From Octopus vulgaris (Eukaryota), in the NCBI GenBank assembly GCA_951406725.2, contig OX597824.1, positions 23,684,001-23,748,000 of the forward strand: DNA of 64,000 bases. Direction: 5' to 3'. Under the pieces are notes generated by a model that saw nothing but the letters and a program-made list of their open reading frames with translations, searched no databases and was not told the origin of the DNA. Of this stretch, positions 57,810 to 64,000 are shown piece by piece. Both the position numbers and the translations under genes were made by a program. Position 1 is the first letter of the stretch. Every line of letters starts with the position of its first letter.

Positions 57810-57810
<1 letters not shown>
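57490..57810 (+). mobile_element. SINE family B, diverged
   Basis: TGGCTGTGTGGTTAG...GGTTCCGGGTTCAGTCC...GCTCCAGCATGGCCGCA. Confidence 0.7.
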
Positions 57811-57848
<38 letters not shown>

Positions 57849-57853
57849 TATAT

Positions 57854-57920
<67 letters not shown>

Positions 57921-58316
57921 TGCGTGTGTGTGTACACATACATACGTACACACACATATGTATGTAAATAAATATATATGTTGTGTAAGATATAAATTAG
58001 AGGTAATGTAACCATCTAAGGGATAGATGTATCCATAGGCACTCCTGGTATTACCTCAGTATGTATGGTCCTTGTAATAAGATATACGGTAGTAGGTAAT
58101 TTAAAAAGTAAAACCGTGGTTTAATATATATATAAAGACGATAAGATATGGAGAAATAATAACGGTGAGAAGTGTTATAAAGTCATTATTTAATTAAGAT
58201 GAGAGTATGCTTGCAGCTGGTTCTGTATATCAAGCTGATATAACATCAAAGATCCACTTCTCTCTGTAATTATTGCTCCATTTCGTATCGTCCTTCTAAA
58301 TATACACATACATAAA

Positions 58317-58391
<75 letters not shown>

Positions 58392-58621
58392 ATATATGTA
58401 TATATATGTATATATATATATTCTTATCTCACCTGTCTTAGAGGGCTCCGCAAGAATGTCAGAGACACTGTTCTTTCATATTTTAAATTCTATAAATGCA
58501 AAGATAAGACATACATACATACACACACTGACAATGCACATACATACATACATACATACATACATACATACATACATACATACAGCATATGTATATATAC
58601 ATATACATACATACATATATG

Positions 58622-58821
58622 TGGCCTCGTGTGTACCGTTGGCGATTTTTTTTCCTCTGTCTTCCCTTCTCTGGATCTTTCCTTCTCCTATGTTTCCGAC
58701 GAAGAGCTCCGATCGAAACGTTAAACCCTCCTTCTTTCCTTTTTTACTGAGCGTCCAATAATACTATATTCGTTCCACGTCCCCGCGTTGTAGTGTTTTT
58801 TGTGTGCTTTCTTGTTTGGAT

Positions 58822-58826
<5 letters not shown>
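58622..58826 (+). mobile_element. Family E short element with hammerhead-like motif (58692-58726)
   Basis: gttt-CCGACGA-a-gagc tcc gatc-GAAA-cg-TT-aaac; (TA)n/(TACA)n flanks. Confidence 0.65.
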
Positions 58827-58864
<38 letters not shown>

Positions 58865-59277
58865 ACATACAAACATACATACACACTCACATACACGTAT
58901 ACATATTTCCATTAACATATTATTCTCGCTATTATCTATCTATCTATCTATCTATATATATATATATATATATAATATTATATAATATATTATATTATTT
59001 ATTGTTATATAGGTGGATTATGTATTTGTAATACTAAATTGATGTTAATTAGGTATTATATTATTTGATATTTAGTCTATTTTGTTATAGTTTGTTATAT
59101 TAAATCCATAGATACTACACATGTATATATATTATATGGTTAGCGTATGAAAGGAGTTTGTCTATATTTGAAACATTTCTTATTTTGATTACAATTTAAT
59201 GACTTGTAACAGCTTTGTGTTTTTTTTATTTAATTATTGAAGTATTATTTTATTTTTCAATTATGTATATTTAGAAT

Positions 59278-59324
<47 letters not shown>

Positions 59325-59396
59325 AATATATATATAACTATGTATATATTAAAGTATATTTATTAATTAATTATTTTACTGTTCTATTATATTTCT

Positions 59397-59483
59397 AACC
59401 TGATGAGCGACCATATTTATATGCAAGTGATTTCTCTACTACTATAATCATTTCTTAAATATAGCAGCGAAACACGTGTCGTT
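59397..59483 (+). ncRNA. Type-I hammerhead ribozyme motif, intact core
   Basis: aac-CTGATGA-gc..atattta...taaatat..gc-GAAA-cacgtg-TC-gtt: GUC cleavage triplet, palindromic stem III. Confidence 0.72.
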
Positions 59484-60132
59484 TTTCTACCTATTATATA
59501 CATTATATTATTTTGTAATTTACTTAATCTTTACTTTTTAATTGTTATTTTATTTTTAACTTTTCTATTATATGTAATTTTCTAAATGGTGTAATTTAAT
59601 TATTCATTTTGAATTGTTAAAAGGTGTTTTTTTTTTCAAATACTTTATATATATTATATTGTGGAATTTGAATTAATATTTCTAAATTGAATTCTTTTTC
59701 ATTGTAAGTTTGAATTTTATTCCCTCAAATAATAATAATTATACATATATTTATATTTATATATATATATATATATAACAATCACAGTGAATAAGTAGAT
59801 TAGGGTATTGGCATATTTATTATTTCTAAGGTCAATTATACTGCAAACCTGGCTTAAGTTTGTCCGACGCACGTTTCTTAACATCGAAAATTTTTTAAGA
59901 CACTAGGATATTTTCCTAATTTCTTTATCATAGAACCAACAGTAGCCTTAACTCAGAAATAAAGAATATATATATATATGCATATGTACATATGGATATC
60001 CTTGTTGTTTATTTTGATTTTAATCACCTTATTTTGAATTTGTATGAAAAATACCGTACTAAATTCTGCTGCGTCAACGTAAGTACCATATTCATCTGAA
60101 TCTAAATTTTTGCTGAACTCATCTACCATACT

Positions 60133-60180
<48 letters not shown>

Positions 60181-60291
60181 CAGTAGCAATAAAGGGTGAA
60201 ATTAATTAATTTGGAATAATTATCAATTACACCAAGTAGATTTCGGCATGTAAAAGCCCCATTCGAGGAAAATTTTACTTCTATATATATA

Positions 60292-60379
<88 letters not shown>

Positions 60380-60387
60380 TAGATAGA

Positions 60388-60444
<57 letters not shown>

Positions 60445-60597
60445 AATGTATGATTGCGCATGCACACCTAAATACCTGTCTTTCTGTGTGTGTGTCTATC
60501 TTTCTGTCAGTGAGTCTGTTTGTCTTTGTGTTTGTCTGTCCACCTATCTAACTAGCTTTCTGCTAATCTATCTGTCTACGTATCTTCTTCGCCTCTG

Positions 60598-60670
<73 letters not shown>

Positions 60671-60673
<3 letters not shown>

Positions 60674-60860
60674 AGAGTTTACGAAAGAAACAAAATACGA
60701 AGACAGGTGATGTACAAAACAAACAGGTGTATTAGTATAACGCTCAGGAAGAGAAAAAGTATTTTACGTTTCGAGCCTACGCTCTTCGACAGAAAGGGAC
60801 ACGGAAAAAACAAGGAGAGAAGAGGATGTGTGTAGTGGCTAACGATCTGTCATGGCGACT
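60671..60860 (-). mobile_element. Family D short element with hammerhead-like motif
   Basis: cttt-CTGTCGA-a-gagc gtag gctc-GAAA-cg-TA-aaa. Confidence 0.7.
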
Positions 60861-60889
60861 GACTCGGACATATATATATGAAATAAATG

Positions 60890-61080
60890 CGCCCTTTTAA
60901 AGCCTAGGCAGGCTCATGGATTATCGCAGCGTTACTCATTTTTGCTAGCTGAGTGGTCTGGAGCAATATGAAATGAAGTGTTTTGCTCAATAACACAACG
61001 CGTCGCCCGGTCCAGGAATCGAAACCACAATCTTACGATCATGGTGCTGACACCCTAACCAATAAGCCACGCGTCTCCAC
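60890..61080 (-). mobile_element. tRNA-derived SINE family F
   Basis: Minus strand GGAGACGCGTGGCTTATTGGTTAGGGTG..CATGATCGTAAGATTGTGGTTTCGATTCC. Confidence 0.65.
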
Positions 61081-61095
61081 AATATGCATACATAC

Positions 61096-61208
<113 letters not shown>

Positions 61209-61293
61209 TTCATATTCATACGCGCGAGAGCACAACCATGTAGCACGCATAAATAAACACACACAAACACACACACACATACACACACACACA

Positions 61294-61356
<63 letters not shown>

Positions 61357-61894
61357 ACCACTCACGCATATTTAATTGTTCTGTATGTCGTCCTCATTCA
61401 ATTACAGAAGAGGCCTTCTCCTCATAATTGTTCCATTTCTTATGAAATTTCTCATTCCCTTTATTATGAGCTTTCATATTTTTTCGTGTTATTTCTTTTA
61501 TCGATTTCTTCTTCTTATGGAAAGTGCCTATGTTTATGGTCTTCGTAGACCTTTTCCAAAACACGTCAGATTGGCGTGATCTAATTATGATTTTATATGT
61601 ATATATATTTGTATATAAAAATATATATGTATGCATATATCAACCTACATACATAATATTTCCATACCCATACATATATATGTGTGAGCGCGTATGTGAG
61701 TGCGTGTGTGTGTGTTTGCATGTGTGTGTGTGTGTCTTTGATTAATGAGAGAGACGTAGGTATGTGTGTGTATGTGTATAAATGTATGTATATATATATA
61801 TTTATCTTTACACATTATACATGTACAGGCACATTCACACAACATACAGATATCTATGTATCTATCCATTTATCTATCCATCCATCAATCTGTG

Positions 61895-61984
<90 letters not shown>

Positions 61985-62127
61985 GCTAGCTAGCTATCTA
62001 GCTATCTAACTATAAATCTATCCACCTATCTATCAATCTATCTATTTATCTATCTATCGATAAATATATAGAAACACACATAAATACATAGAAACGCCCA
62101 TTTACAAATCTACATACATAATACATT

Positions 62128-62163
<36 letters not shown>

Positions 62164-62511
62164 TATATATATATAAATACATAGGTATGTATGTGTGTAT
62201 ATATAATATATATATATGTGTATATGCAAGTACGTATATATATATATATATATATACATATATATATACATATATATACATATATATACATACATACATA
62301 TATATATATATATGTATATATACACACACAGATATATATATATATATAATTTGGAGTGGTGTACAGATTTTATATATTAAGAAAAGGGAGGTAGTCAAGA
62401 TTTAGATAATAACCATTTATCTAGTGTTTCCGTCTCTTTCATACATACAGACAACCACTTATATATATACATACATCTATGTGCGTGTGTGCGTGTGTAT
62501 GTATATGTATA

Positions 62512-62645
<134 letters not shown>

Positions 62646-62828
62646 CACGCACCTGCGTGCGCATACATATATAGATACACATGCAAATTTATTCCATCTC
62701 GTTCAGCAATTTGGTGAAGCTATTACACCATTCTCATTAGGTGGAACAAATATGTATTCCTTCTACAAATTCTAACAAGCACATATTGATAAGTACATTC
62801 ATATACATATACACACATACATACACGT

Positions 62829-62859
<31 letters not shown>

Positions 62860-63013
62860 CATATATATACATATATATATACATACACACGCAGACAGAT
62901 ACACAAACATACTTACACGCACGCATAAACGCACACACACACACACATATATATATATTCATGTGATTAATATAGCTATATTATATAGATATGTATGCAT
63001 AAAAACACACATA

Positions 63014-63068
<55 letters not shown>

Positions 63069-63181
63069 ATGTGAGTGTGTGAATAAGCTTGTAATTGTGG
63101 TTCTATGCATCTGTATTGTTTTCTATGTATCTACGTATCTATTCATGTTTAAATTGCACACACGTATGTATATATATATAC

Positions 63182-63229
<48 letters not shown>

Positions 63230-63246
63230 CATATATATATGTATAC

Positions 63247-63319
<73 letters not shown>

Positions 63320-63324
<5 letters not shown>

Positions 63325-63515
63325 ATATAGAAGGAGCTTCTACAGGACTAGAACTGTTTCATTCAAGAGAAATCTTCAGGAAGCTTCCTGAAGATTTCTC
63401 TTGAATGAAACAGTTCTAGTCCTGTAGAAGCTCCTTCTATATAATAAATTAATTTTACTCTGCTCTGTATTGAGTACCTTATTTACTGTGGTTAACCCCG
63501 AATCAACCCGGGACC

Positions 63516-63518
<3 letters not shown>
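63320..63518 (+). mobile_element. Fold-back element containing a 128-bp perfect palindrome (63320-63447)
   Basis: Centre GGAAGCTTCC; same family as 55685-55891 in the opposite orientation. Confidence 0.9.
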
Positions 63519-63603
<85 letters not shown>

Positions 63604-64000
63604 CATATACATATATATATGTATATATATGTATATATATATATATACATATATATATACACACACATTTAATTGCCAAGCGAGTGTGGTGTCATATTCG
63701 GTACAGTGTCACTGACATTTATAACCCATGTTACGATTCCGTATTGCTACTGTTTACGTCTCGCTCAGAGATTTAATATAGCATACATACACCCCCCCCC
63801 ACACACACACACACTCACACACTCACAAATATACACACACACACATATGTATATATATTCTCGTTATGAGGGTAAAAAATTTAGAATAATTCATCACCAG
63901 TGGTTCGCACGTGTTTTTCGGTACGTGTTAAAAGCTACGTACTTATGCATTCTTTTAGAAATCCCACTGATGAACTACGGATGACAAAGTAATTTATGTG

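Noticed and set aside
59860-59940. Further hammerhead-like fragments (also near 26610, 58230 and 60245)
   Set aside because: Only the GAAA/stem III half or a hairpin is present; the CUGANGA core is not recoverable.

Overview
AT-rich eukaryotic non-coding DNA, dense in microsatellites. The repeat content (tRNA-derived SINE families, very abundant (TA)n, (TATC)n, (TAA)n, (CA)n) suggests a cephalopod such as Octopus; that taxon call is an inference. No intact host protein-coding gene is recognisable, and almost all listed ORFs are microsatellite read-throughs. The real coding remnants are all from transposons: CR1/L2-group RT ends, an L1/Tx1 zf-RVT end, a Penelope-like RT, a Dong/R4 restriction-like endonuclease region and a mariner transposase. 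Helitron derivatives and MITEs are also present. Two signals stand out. (1) There are about a dozen minimal type-I hammerhead-ribozyme-like motifs in short elements sitting in (TA)n tracts. Three have intact cores, and four lie at the centre of fold-back palindromes whose arms appear to be copied from each other at insertion. (2) A SINE whose repeat-unit tail matches the 3' end of the Tx1-like LINE builds tandem arrays with a fixed junction inside its own head. All structures were read by eye; no search or folding program was run, and boundaries are approximate unless a TSD or TIR is quoted.
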